Positions 16,271-24,126 of a stretch of DNA of 29,780 bases are shown one piece after another (within the stretch, counting starts at the first letter, position 1; each line of letters starts with the position of its first letter). Source of the stretch: Fibrobacteria bacterium (lineage in GTDB: Bacteria > Fibrobacterota > Fibrobacteria > UBA11236); the NCBI GenBank assembly GCA_043732185.1, contig JAYTHY010000082.1:1-29780 (forward strand). The letters run 5' to 3'. Under the pieces are notes generated by a model. It ran no database searches. It saw nothing but the letters and a program-made list of their open reading frames with translations, and was not told where the DNA came from. A program made the translations under genes and the position numbers.

Positions 16271-18442
16271 TTACCTCTTGAGACTGGAGACCTGTCCGCC
16301 AAAGGCGGCCGCTTGGGACTGAAGTTTGGAAATGGAAAGCTCGAGATTGGCGAACTGGGAGGTAAGCCGAGTTTTTACTGAAGCAACGCGTTTTTCAAGC
16401 TTGGCGATTTGGGTATCCTCATCGGTTATCCTGGCCTGGAAATTTTTGGCCGTCGTTGTCAAGAATCCATCTACGAAGTTGTTTATCTTGTTGTAGAAAT
16501 CCGAGACCTGCCCGGCCACGCCGCGCACAAATGTCATCGTCCCCACGCCACTGGTAGAAAGGGCTTTTAAAGTAAGCCCATTTGAGTCCCCGGTTGTGGA
16601 GCTCATGATATCACCAATCCCAGTAGCACTTGTATCGCCTGTAATGGTGGCATTTGCATAGGTCGTTGTGGCTCGGTCTTTGGCAGTATCGATTTGTCCA
16701 ACGGCACCTGGATTGACTTCATAGACGCCAGTCTTAGTGTCTTTGGAATAGGTTCCAAAGGTGTGGGCGGGATTGGTGGAATACCCGTTGGTTGTAAACA
16801 GCCTTTTCATGCCTTCGAAATCCTGGTCAATGGAGTTTTTGAAAGTAGTGTCGTCGATAGTCAGGAATCCCGTTTTATATTCAGAGGTTATGCCCATCGA
16901 GGCCAAACTAGAGTATCGGCTCAGACCTGAATCCTTTAACTCGGGAATGTTATTGGTCAACATGCTCTGAAGCTGGGACTTTAAACCCAAAATGTTGGAA
17001 TCTCCTGCAAAGGGTCCTTTGATAACCGAGCTCCGTACTCCACTGGCAAGTCCGCTCTTCTTATCCTTACTGTCTTTATTTCGTACTTCAATTTTCGATT
17101 TATCATCCAGGTATTTGATGAGCTGATTGTAGGCATCGAGGAAGTCCTGAACCTTCTTCTTGATTCCATCTTTGTCATATTCCTGGGTCAGCTTGACTAC
17201 AGATGTACTTACTTTTTTGAGCTCGAAAATAGTGCCGTCGATGATAGTTGAATTGCGATTGGTTTGAGAGGAGAAGGCGATATCGTTCATTTGAAAAAAG
17301 GCTTTTTTCCCTTCAGAAATGACACTTTTGAAATCGGTTTTGGTAGCCGAGGTGCCCAAGCTGAGTACGGATCCGGAAGCTACAGTATCGACGAAACTCA
17401 AGCTTAGCGCCATGTTTTTGGTGCCATTGGTCGTATCGGTCATAACTATTTCGCCGGAGCTATTCATGGATACGGTTACATTATTGCCAAAGGCCGCCTT
17501 GATGCTCTTCCCGGTGGCATCACCTCCATCCAAAAGGTTTTGCAAAGTGGTGGTCCCCGGTGCGCCAAGGGTATAAATCATTTCGGGAATGGGAAGCCCA
17601 GCGGCATCCGTGCCATTTATTTTTATTGTGTCGCCGGCCGACAATCCATGGCCGGTACCCAAACCGTTGAAAAGACTGGAAAAATTAGTGGCTGCCGTTG
17701 CCGGGCCCCCGGTAGCAAGCCTGAGGTCGAAAGTAGTACGTACCGATTCCTTGCCGGCCGTGCCAACAACAGCTTCATTGACCAAATCCAGGCCATCGGA
17801 GAAGATGCTTTTGGCTTCTTTCGTGGCAACCGGATCCAAGCTAAATGCCTTGGAACCTTCATCGACGGCGGACAGCATCAAGCGATAATCATCCGTGCCC
17901 ATCTGGACCACAGAGGCAGTTGCGCCGGTGCCTTTGGCTCGATTAATTTTACTGGCGATGTCCCTAAGGGTTTCCGTACCGTCCAGCGCAATGGTAACTG
18001 AAGTGGTGAGTGGATCCGCTTGAAGTGCTGCCGCTGAGACTGAAATGTTAAAACTTCCCGTCAAGGAAAGTGAATTGGTAGCTTGGGTGGCCGTAAAGGA
18101 TTTTGAGGCTACTTTGAGCGAACTCGCTAAAGAGTCCACTCGCACGTCAAAATTCCCGGGTGTGGCATTGTCTCCACCACTTATTGTGGCGGTTGTGTCA
18201 TCGGAACTGGTTTCCTTGAAAACATTCAAGGCCGTAAGCTTGTTCATATCCAAAGACTTGGTATTTAAATCTGATAGTTTGGTTTTAAGCTCGTTGAAAG
18301 TCGAGAGCTTTAATTCATAGTCGGACTTCTTGGTCTCCTCGCGAACAACGCGCTGATTTTCGATTTGGATTAGACTGGTAATGATGCCTTGGGTATCTAA
18401 CCCAGAAGCCAATCCACCCACTGCCAATGAACCGTCTGCCAT
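16271..18442 (-). CDS. fliD: Flagellar filament cap protein FliD (long form)
   Basis: N-terminal GLASGLDTQGIITSLIQIE; VQDFLDAYNQLI; LASMGIT; C-terminal RLTSQFANLELSISKLQSQ; RBS GGAG. Confidence 0.95.
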   Translation of the reverse strand: MADGSLAVGGLASGLDTQGIITSLIQIENQRVVREETKKSDYELKLSTFNELKTKLSDLNTKSLDMNKLTALNVFKETSSDDTTATISGGDNATPGNFDVRVDSLASSLKVASKSFTATQATNSLSLTGSFNISVSAAALQADPLTTSVTIALDGTETLRDIASKINRAKGTGATASVVQMGTDDYRLMLSAVDEGSKAFSLDPVATKEAKSIFSDGLDLVNEAVVGTAGKESVRTTFDLRLATGGPATAATNFSSLFNGLGTGHGLSAGDTIKINGTDAAGLPIPEMIYTLGAPGTTTLQNLLDGGDATGKSIKAAFGNNVTVSMNSSGEIVMTDTTNGTKNMALSLSFVDTVASGSVLSLGTSATKTDFKSVISEGKKAFFQMNDIAFSSQTNRNSTIIDGTIFELKKVSTSVVKLTQEYDKDGIKKKVQDFLDAYNQLIKYLDDKSKIEVRNKDSKDKKSGLASGVRSSVIKGPFAGDSNILGLKSQLQSMLTNNIPELKDSGLSRYSSLASMGITSEYKTGFLTIDDTTFKNSIDQDFEGMKRLFTTNGYSTNPAHTFGTYSKDTKTGVYEVNPGAVGQIDTAKDRATTTYANATITGDTSATGIGDIMSSTTGDSNGLTLKALSTSGVGTMTFVRGVAGQVSDFYNKINNFVDGFLTTTAKNFQARITDEDTQIAKLEKRVASVKTRLTSQFANLELSISKLQSQAAAFGGQVSSLKR

Positions 18443-18475
18443 AGCACTCCAGATTTTGCACCGTGTCCATAGAGG

Positions 18476-18504
18476 TTATCGACAGATCAGGGGAAGGTCT
18501 TTAG
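18476..18504 (-). promoter_or_regulatory. Sigma-28 (FliA/SigD)-type promoter for fliD-fliS
   Basis: Minus strand CTAAA-N16-GTCGATAA (consensus TAAA-N15-GCCGATAA), ending 33 nt upstream of the fliD ATG. Confidence 0.75.
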
Positions 18505-18545
18505 TCTCAATCGACGCTTATTATGAATGGAATAAAATGACATGA

Positions 18546-18560
18546 GTCATAAATAATGAC
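18546..18560. promoter_or_regulatory. Putative enhancer (bEBP) box 1, GTCA-N7-TGAC
   Basis: GTCATAAATAATGAC, embedded in overlapping dyads (ATGAC-ATGA-GTCAT 18537-18550; CATAAAT-N6-ATTTATG 18548-18567). Confidence 0.5.
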
Positions 18561-18680
18561 ATTTATGCATGCCTAAAAGTCTGTTTTTATAGTTTATTGT
18601 GAGGCTTTGAGGTAAAATTGGAGTATAATTCTTTAAAAAATAGGTGCTTTGCCATATAAAGTGACGTATAATAGGGATCT

Positions 18681-18695
18681 GTCATAGGAGTTGAC
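18681..18695. promoter_or_regulatory. Putative enhancer (bEBP) box 2, GTCA-N7-TGAC
   Basis: GTCATAGGAGTTGAC; same arms and spacing as box 1, 135 bp downstream of it. Confidence 0.45.
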
Positions 18696-18753
18696 CTTTC
18701 CGAAAATCGCTAGAAAAACCTTTACAAATTATTTAAAAAATAGCATACCGATA

Positions 18754-18770
18754 CTGGAACGGCTCTTGCT
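18754..18770 (+). promoter_or_regulatory. Sigma-54 (RpoN) -24/-12 promoter upstream of the sigma factor gene
   Basis: CTGGAACGGCTCTTGCT: GG(18756-57)-N10-GC(18768-69), one mismatch to TGGCACG-N4-TTGCW; about 60 nt upstream of the ATG. Confidence 0.8.
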
Positions 18771-18831
18771 TATATTAACATTGGACACGATTGCTTTGAT
18801 TATGGACACTTTAACCAAAGAGGCCTAATAG

Positions 18832-19644
18832 ATGACCTTCGACACCACCGACGAAACCCTCAAGCGTTATCTCGAGGATATCCGCAAAACCAGCCCCATC
18901 GACCGCAAAGACGAACATCTCTTGTTCAAACTGTGTCGTAAGGGGAACCGCGCCGCCCGTGAAAAACTGGTGAGCGCCAATATGCGGTTCGTTTTGAAAG
19001 TCGCATTGCAGTACCGCGGTTGCCCAATCCCATTGCCAGATCTGGTCAGCGAAGGTGCCATGGGACTGATTCGTGCCATCGAAAGTTTTGACCATAGCCG
19101 TGGACTCAAATTCATTTCCTACGCCGTATGGTGGATCAAGGCCTATATCACCCGTGCCATCAATGAGCAGGGTTCATTAATCCGTTTGCCTGCCAATCAG
19201 CATTTGCGCGTTCGCAAAGCGCTTAAGGAGAAATCCAAAGGTAAGGAACTCGGGGACGATATTCGTGAGCTCATCCAGCTCGGTGAAGCCGGAATTTCCT
19301 TCGACGCGCCGCTTAAAACCGATACCAAGACCACCTATCAGGAAGTCTTGCCGGACGATAAGGCAGCGAATCCAGAAGCGGAAACCGAGATTCAAGCGGT
19401 CGAGCACTTGGCCAAGGATCTGCTTTCGGAATTGCCGGAGCGGGAAGCCCAAGTCATCAAGGGATTGTTCGGCATCAACCATGAAGCACCGCAAACCCTG
19501 CGTGAAGTCGGCGAAACCTTGAACATCTCGCATGAGCGGGTGCGGCAGTTGCGCGACCAGGCTTTGCGCCGGATTCGCAAGAACAAGAATAAGGAAGTCT
19601 TGCGCGAAAAGTACGACGGCTACCTGCAGGCGTTGGCCAGCTAG
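18832..19644 (+). CDS. RNA polymerase sigma-70 factor, RpoD/RpoS-like but short (no region 1.1)
   Basis: Region 1.2 LKRYLEDIR; 2.1 AREKLVSANMRFV; 2.2 DLVSEGAMGLIRAIESFD; 2.3-2.4 KFISYAVWWIKAYI; 4.2 TLREVGETLNISHERVRQL; RBS AGAGG. Confidence 0.93.
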   Translation: MTFDTTDETLKRYLEDIRKTSPIDRKDEHLLFKLCRKGNRAAREKLVSANMRFVLKVALQYRGCPIPLPDLVSEGAMGLIRAIESFDHSRGLKFISYAVWWIKAYITRAINEQGSLIRLPANQHLRVRKALKEKSKGKELGDDIRELIQLGEAGISFDAPLKTDTKTTYQEVLPDDKAANPEAETEIQAVEHLAKDLLSELPEREAQVIKGLFGINHEAPQTLREVGETLNISHERVRQLRDQALRRIRKNKNKEVLREKYDGYLQALAS

Positions 19645-19680
19645 TCGCCAACAACCACTAAAGTCAATACAGTCACTCAT

Positions 19681-19712
19681 AAAAGCCCTGGGAAACCGGG
19701 GCTTTTTCTTTT
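19681..19712. terminator. Bidirectional intrinsic terminator
   Basis: AAAA-GCCCTGG-GAAA-CCGGGGC-TTTTTCTTTT between the convergent sigma and M32 genes. Confidence 0.85.
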
Positions 19713-19739
19713 CCAGTCTTACAAGCTGATGCCGAACAC

Positions 19740-21242
19740 TTATAAACTGACTCCGAACAATGTTCCGTATTTTTCCTTGAGGTAGACCAGGAATGGGGCC
19801 ACGGATGTTTCCGCACCCGTTACTTTTTGCATGAGTGCGTCTCCGGATAACATGCGTCCGGGTACATGCACTTTTTCACCTAGCCAATGTTTGAGTCCGG
19901 ATAATTTTCCGATGCCGATATCGGCTTTAAGGCTCGGGAGATCGACAAGGGCAGCGCTAAAAAGCTGCGCGGCCCGCAAATTGCCCAAAGTATAGGTGGG
20001 AAAATAGCCCAGCAGTCCGCAGCTCCAATGCACATCTTGAAGGTAACCTTCCGATGGCGTAGCAGGCGTGATACCTAAGTTGAACTTCATCCCCGCGTTC
20101 CATGCCGATTCCAATCCAGCCGCTTCCAAATCACCTTTAAAAAGGGCTGTTTCCAATTCGAACCGCAAAATGATATGCAGATTATAGGTGACTTCATCCG
20201 CCTCAACTCTAATCAAGGAGGGTTGGACACGATTGATGGCGCGCAAAAATCCATCCAAGGTCACTTCTAGAAGCTGGTCGGAAAAAGTTTCTTGGAGCGA
20301 TGGATAATAGCAGGACCAAAAATCACGCGAACGGCCCACTTGATTTTCCCAAAGCCGCGACTGGGATTCGTGCATGCCCAGCGAGACGGCCTCGGCCATG
20401 GGTGTGCCGAAAAATTGCGGCAAAAATCCCTGCTCATAAAGACCATGCCCGCCTTCATGCAACGTACTGAAAAGCGCCGACATCAAATCGCCTTCGCTGT
20501 AGCGTGTGGTGAGTCGAACGTCGCAGGGGTCCAAGCCTTCCGTAAAGGGGTGGGCACTCTCATCCAGGCGGCCCGCCTCCAAATCAAACCCCATGTCCGC
20601 CAGAATTTTCCGGTTGAACAGTTTTTGGGACTCGAGGGGAAAGGTTTTTCCGTCAAGCGCCGGATTAGGGGCGCCTTGCACTTCAATCAGCTTGCCAAGC
20701 AGCGGAACCAATTCGGTTTTGAGATTTTTAAACAAGGTTTTAAGATAGGCGGTGCGCAAGCCGGGCTCATAATTATCCAGCATCGCATCATAAGGCGTGT
20801 CCTCATAACCCAGGCATTCCGCTTCTTGCCTACGCAGTTTGATGATTTTTTCCAGCCAGGGATTGAAAGCCTGCGTATCGTTTTTGGGACGCGCCTCCGC
20901 CCAAACCCTTTGCGCCAACGAGGCCGTTTCCGCAATTTCTCCTGCCAAGGTTTCCGGGACTTTGACAGCCTTATCCCTTTCCCGTCTCAACTCACGTACG
21001 ATTACCCGCTCCTCCGGCGACAGGGAGGTAAGCGCCGCGCAATCGTTCAGCAAGCCCTCAAGGCGCGGGTCGCAAAACTTTTGGTGGATGACCTTGGAAA
21101 GGGCCGCCATAGCCCGGGCGCGACCGGTTCCCCCTTTGGCAGGCATCATGGTTTCCTGGTCCCAGGACATCAGCCCTAATGCGGATCGCAAGGAATACAC
21201 ATCGCGACTGTACTCGAGCAAGGACTGAATAGGAGAGGTCAT
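19740..21242 (-). CDS. Carboxypeptidase, family M32 (Taq-like); start reassigned to ATG 21242 (MTSPIQ)
   Basis: [24 protein letters not shown] (HEXXH), HESQS, IRVEAD, QDVHW, GYFPTY; AGGA precedes ATG 21242. Confidence 0.95.
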   Translation of the reverse strand: MTSPIQSLLEYSRDVYSLRSALGLMSWDQETMMPAKGGTGRARAMAALSKVIHQKFCDPRLEGLLNDCAALTSLSPEERVIVRELRRERDKAVKVPETLAGEIAETASLAQRVWAEARPKNDTQAFNPWLEKIIKLRRQEAECLGYEDTPYDAMLDNYEPGLRTAYLKTLFKNLKTELVPLLGKLIEVQGAPNPALDGKTFPLESQKLFNRKILADMGFDLEAGRLDESAHPFTEGLDPCDVRLTTRYSEGDLMSALFSTLHEGGHGLYEQGFLPQFFGTPMAEAVSLGMHESQSRLWENQVGRSRDFWSCYYPSLQETFSDQLLEVTLDGFLRAINRVQPSLIRVEADEVTYNLHIILRFELETALFKGDLEAAGLESAWNAGMKFNLGITPATPSEGYLQDVHWSCGLLGYFPTYTLGNLRAAQLFSAALVDLPSLKADIGIGKLSGLKHWLGEKVHVPGRMLSGDALMQKVTGAETSVAPFLVYLKEKYGTLFGVSL

Positions 21243-21406
21243 ACTATATCCTGTTAGGGTTCTCCCAAAGATAGATTTCCCCAGTCCCGCCCATCGTTTT
21301 TCGTTGCCTGGTTTTCGTCGCCTCGTTTTTCTGATTCCAAGGCCTTTGCTATCTTTTGCACCTGACAATTCTGACTGCATAATCAGACTTTATAATCCTT
21401 ACCTGG

Positions 21407-22303
21407 ATGGCTTTTGTGGACGGCTTTAAACTGGCATTAATACAGACCAAAGGCAATTGCCTGGATCCGGAGCGTTGGGCGAAATTGCAAGAACGCATTC
21501 TCATGGCTTCCGTACAAGGCGCCCAGGTGGTGGTTCTTCCCGAACTCTTCCTGCACGACTATTTCTGCATTGAAGAAGACGCACGGCATTTTGATCTGGC
21601 CCATGCAACTAATAGTGCCCCGATGCTCACTCTGCGTGATTTGGCCAAGGAGCGCGCCATAGTGCTCGTTGTCCCCTATTTCGAAAAAAGAGCGCCCGGT
21701 CTCTACCATAACTCCGCGGTGGTTTTCGATGCCGACGGCAGTGAACTCGGCAATTATCGCAAGATGCACATTCCCGATGATCCGGGATTTTACGAAAAAT
21801 ATTATTTCACCCCCGGCGACTTGGGCTTCAAATCCTTTCAAACCCGCTATGGCCGAATTGGTGTGCTGATCTGCTGGGATCAATGGTTCCCGGAAGCCGC
21901 CCGGCTCACGGCGCTGCAAGGATGCGATTTGCTCGTGTACCCAACCGCCATCGGATATGACGATCGGGAAACCGCGGGAATGACTGCGCCTGAGGCGAAA
22001 GCCCTGAATGCCAAATGGCTGGACGCCTGGGTTACGATGCAAAGAAGCCATGCCATTGCCAACGGCATCTATGTGGCGGCCGTTAATCGCATTGGGCAAG
22101 AAGGGCATTTAAGATTCTGGGGCACCTCCTTTGTCTGCGACCCTGGCGGTGAAGTTGTGGACCATCTGGACGATGCTCGCGAAGGCCTGCTTCTCCACGA
22201 CATCCAGACTTCGAAAGTGGAAGCCCATCGCCGCGTCTGGCCATTTTTGCGCGATCGCCGCATCGATGCCTATTCCGATCTTCTGAAACGCTTTTCCCGC
22301 TGA
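21407..22303 (+). CDS. aguB: Carbon-nitrogen hydrolase, N-carbamoylputrescine amidase-like
   Basis: Nitrilase triad E (LPELF), K (YRKMHIPDDPGFYEKYYFTPGD), C (ICWDQWFPE); C-terminal WPFLRDRR; adjacent to agmatine deiminase. Confidence 0.85.
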   Translation: MAFVDGFKLALIQTKGNCLDPERWAKLQERILMASVQGAQVVVLPELFLHDYFCIEEDARHFDLAHATNSAPMLTLRDLAKERAIVLVVPYFEKRAPGLYHNSAVVFDADGSELGNYRKMHIPDDPGFYEKYYFTPGDLGFKSFQTRYGRIGVLICWDQWFPEAARLTALQGCDLLVYPTAIGYDDRETAGMTAPEAKALNAKWLDAWVTMQRSHAIANGIYVAAVNRIGQEGHLRFWGTSFVCDPGGEVVDHLDDAREGLLLHDIQTSKVEAHRRVWPFLRDRRIDAYSDLLKRFSR

Positions 22304-22308
22304 ACCCC

Positions 22309-23376
22309 ATGTCAATAAAAAATCTCCCGCCCCGGCTCCCGCTCCCTCCCTATCCCTCCATGACCCTGCCTGCCGAATGGGAAAAGCAAAAAGCCATCTG
22401 GTTAACGTGGCCGCAAAACCAGGATACCTGGTCACCGGTTTGGGAGGAGGCCAAGCAAGCCTATCGCGAAATCATCCGCATAGCCCTCCGCTATCAAAAC
22501 GTCATGCTGCTGGTCAATGACGAAACTCTGCGCAGCCGCTTGCAAAAAGAATTGACATCGGCAGGACCCTTCCAACTGGAAATCCTAATCTGCCCCACCA
22601 ACGACAGTTGGATCCGCGATTACGGTGCCATCACTGTCCGCGTACCGGATGGGAATTTATCCACTAGTAACCGGCTCGTTACCCTGGATTTCACCTTCAA
22701 TTCCTGGGGAGGCAAATACCCGCCCTGGGATAAAGACGACGCCGTTCCCGTTTTCATGGCCAAACATCGCGACCGGGAGCTTCTCCCACTCGACTTTGTA
22801 CTCGAAGGCGGGTCCATCGATGCCAATGGGCAAGGTTTGCTATTGACCACGACCCAATGCCTGCTCAACCCGAACCGCAACCCCGACCTAAGCCGCGACC
22901 AAATCGAAGAAATACTGCATGGCTACCTGGGGATAAATAAAACCCTCTGGCTGGAATCTGGTATCAATGGCGATGATACGGACGGCCATGTGGATGACCT
23001 TGCCCGCTTTACCGATGCGCGTACCGTTTTCTGCGCTATAGAGACCGATGCCTCGGACGAAAACTTCGCGCCGCTCAAATCAAATATAGCCGCGCTCAAC
23101 CGTTATAGCAAAAATGCGGATTTGGAAGTGGTAGAAGTGCCGATGCCGCTCCGCCAAATCAAAGCGGGACTGCGCACCCCGGCCACATATTTGAATTTTC
23201 TGATTCTCAATGGTGCCGTACTGGTTCCCGTTTTCCAAGACAAGCGCGACGACAAAACCCTGCAGCTCTTCGAAAAACATTTTCCCGATCGCCGCATTGA
23301 ACCCGTCGATTGCCGCAGCCTAGTCTTTGGTCAAGGCGCCATTCATTGCAGTAGCATGCAAGAACCCGATGGCTAG
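22309..23376 (+). CDS. aguA: Agmatine deiminase (PPAD family)
   Basis: LPAEWE, NDSWIRDYG, FNSWGGKY, LEGGSID, DDTDGHVD, PATYLNF, GAIHC (catalytic Cys). Confidence 0.9.
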   Translation: MSIKNLPPRLPLPPYPSMTLPAEWEKQKAIWLTWPQNQDTWSPVWEEAKQAYREIIRIALRYQNVMLLVNDETLRSRLQKELTSAGPFQLEILICPTNDSWIRDYGAITVRVPDGNLSTSNRLVTLDFTFNSWGGKYPPWDKDDAVPVFMAKHRDRELLPLDFVLEGGSIDANGQGLLLTTTQCLLNPNRNPDLSRDQIEEILHGYLGINKTLWLESGINGDDTDGHVDDLARFTDARTVFCAIETDASDENFAPLKSNIAALNRYSKNADLEVVEVPMPLRQIKAGLRTPATYLNFLILNGAVLVPVFQDKRDDKTLQLFEKHFPDRRIEPVDCRSLVFGQGAIHCSSMQEPDG

Positions 23377-24118
23377 TCGTCCGGCAGTTGAAGGCTACCC
23401 CCTGCTCCCTATGGACAGGACACTGGGTCAACTTTTTTTTCCTTTCGCCCTTCCCTACTTGGCCTACGTGGGACTCGGCGCGCTTTCGCCCGGATTGTTC
23501 TCCGTACAAATTACAGGCATGCTTCGCCTATTGATAGTTACAGCATTGCTCTGGCGATTTCGAAAACACTATCACTTCGGCCCGCCTTTGACACTTCGTC
23601 AAACCACCATTGCTTTTGGTGCCTGTCTTGCAGCTACTGGCATTTGGATCGTGGCACTGCGTTTTTCTCTGGCCATGCCATTCTGGAGTAGCCAACTGCT
23701 GGAATCGCACGCTGCCGTGGGGCTTTCCCTACCGTGGATGCTGCGAGCTGTCGGATCGACATTGCTAGTGCCCATTTTCGAAGAGCTTTTTTGCCGGGCT
23801 TATCTTGGAGAATTTTTTCACTTTACCCGCACAGGCGCAGAAGGGTTTTCCTCGCGACTGGCGCAGAGGTGGGACGACTCAGCGCAACCCAGTTACGGTC
23901 CATCGCTTTCGAGGCTAAGCATTATCGGCTCCACGCTCCTTTTTGCCCTCGGACACGATATGTCTGCCTGGCCGGCAGCCGTACTTTATTTTCTATTCAC
24001 CACTTGGGTTTATGCCAAGACTCGATCCTTCCGGGTTTGTATTCTCATCCACGCCATCGCGAACTTGATCATAGCCGGACTGGTATTAGCCCGTCCAGAA
24101 ATGGGATTCCTGTGGTGA
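23369..24118 (+). CDS. CPBP/type II CAAX-like intramembrane glutamic protease; start ATG 23369 overlaps the aguA stop
   Basis: Multiple TM segments; motifs EELFCR, FALGH, HAIAN; ends in FLW. Confidence 0.85.
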   Translation: MASRPAVEGYPLLPMDRTLGQLFFPFALPYLAYVGLGALSPGLFSVQITGMLRLLIVTALLWRFRKHYHFGPPLTLRQTTIAFGACLAATGIWIVALRFSLAMPFWSSQLLESHAAVGLSLPWMLRAVGSTLLVPIFEELFCRAYLGEFFHFTRTGAEGFSSRLAQRWDDSAQPSYGPSLSRLSIIGSTLLFALGHDMSAWPAAVLYFLFTTWVYAKTRSFRVCILIHAIANLIIAGLVLARPEMGFLW

Positions 24119-24126
24119 CGCTAGCG

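Noticed and set aside
18781..18795. Second sigma-54-like motif TTGGACACGATTGCT
   Set aside because: GG to GC spacing is 8 nt, not the obligatory 10.
20292..21179. 295-aa plus-strand ORF
   Set aside because: Antisense shadow of the well-supported M32 carboxypeptidase.
21243..21380. N-terminal extension of the M32 ORF (likewise 25540-25635, 23327-23368, 27675-27692)
   Set aside because: Longest-ORF artefacts that overlap promoters or neighbouring genes; downstream ATGs fit RBS, signal peptide and family starts better.
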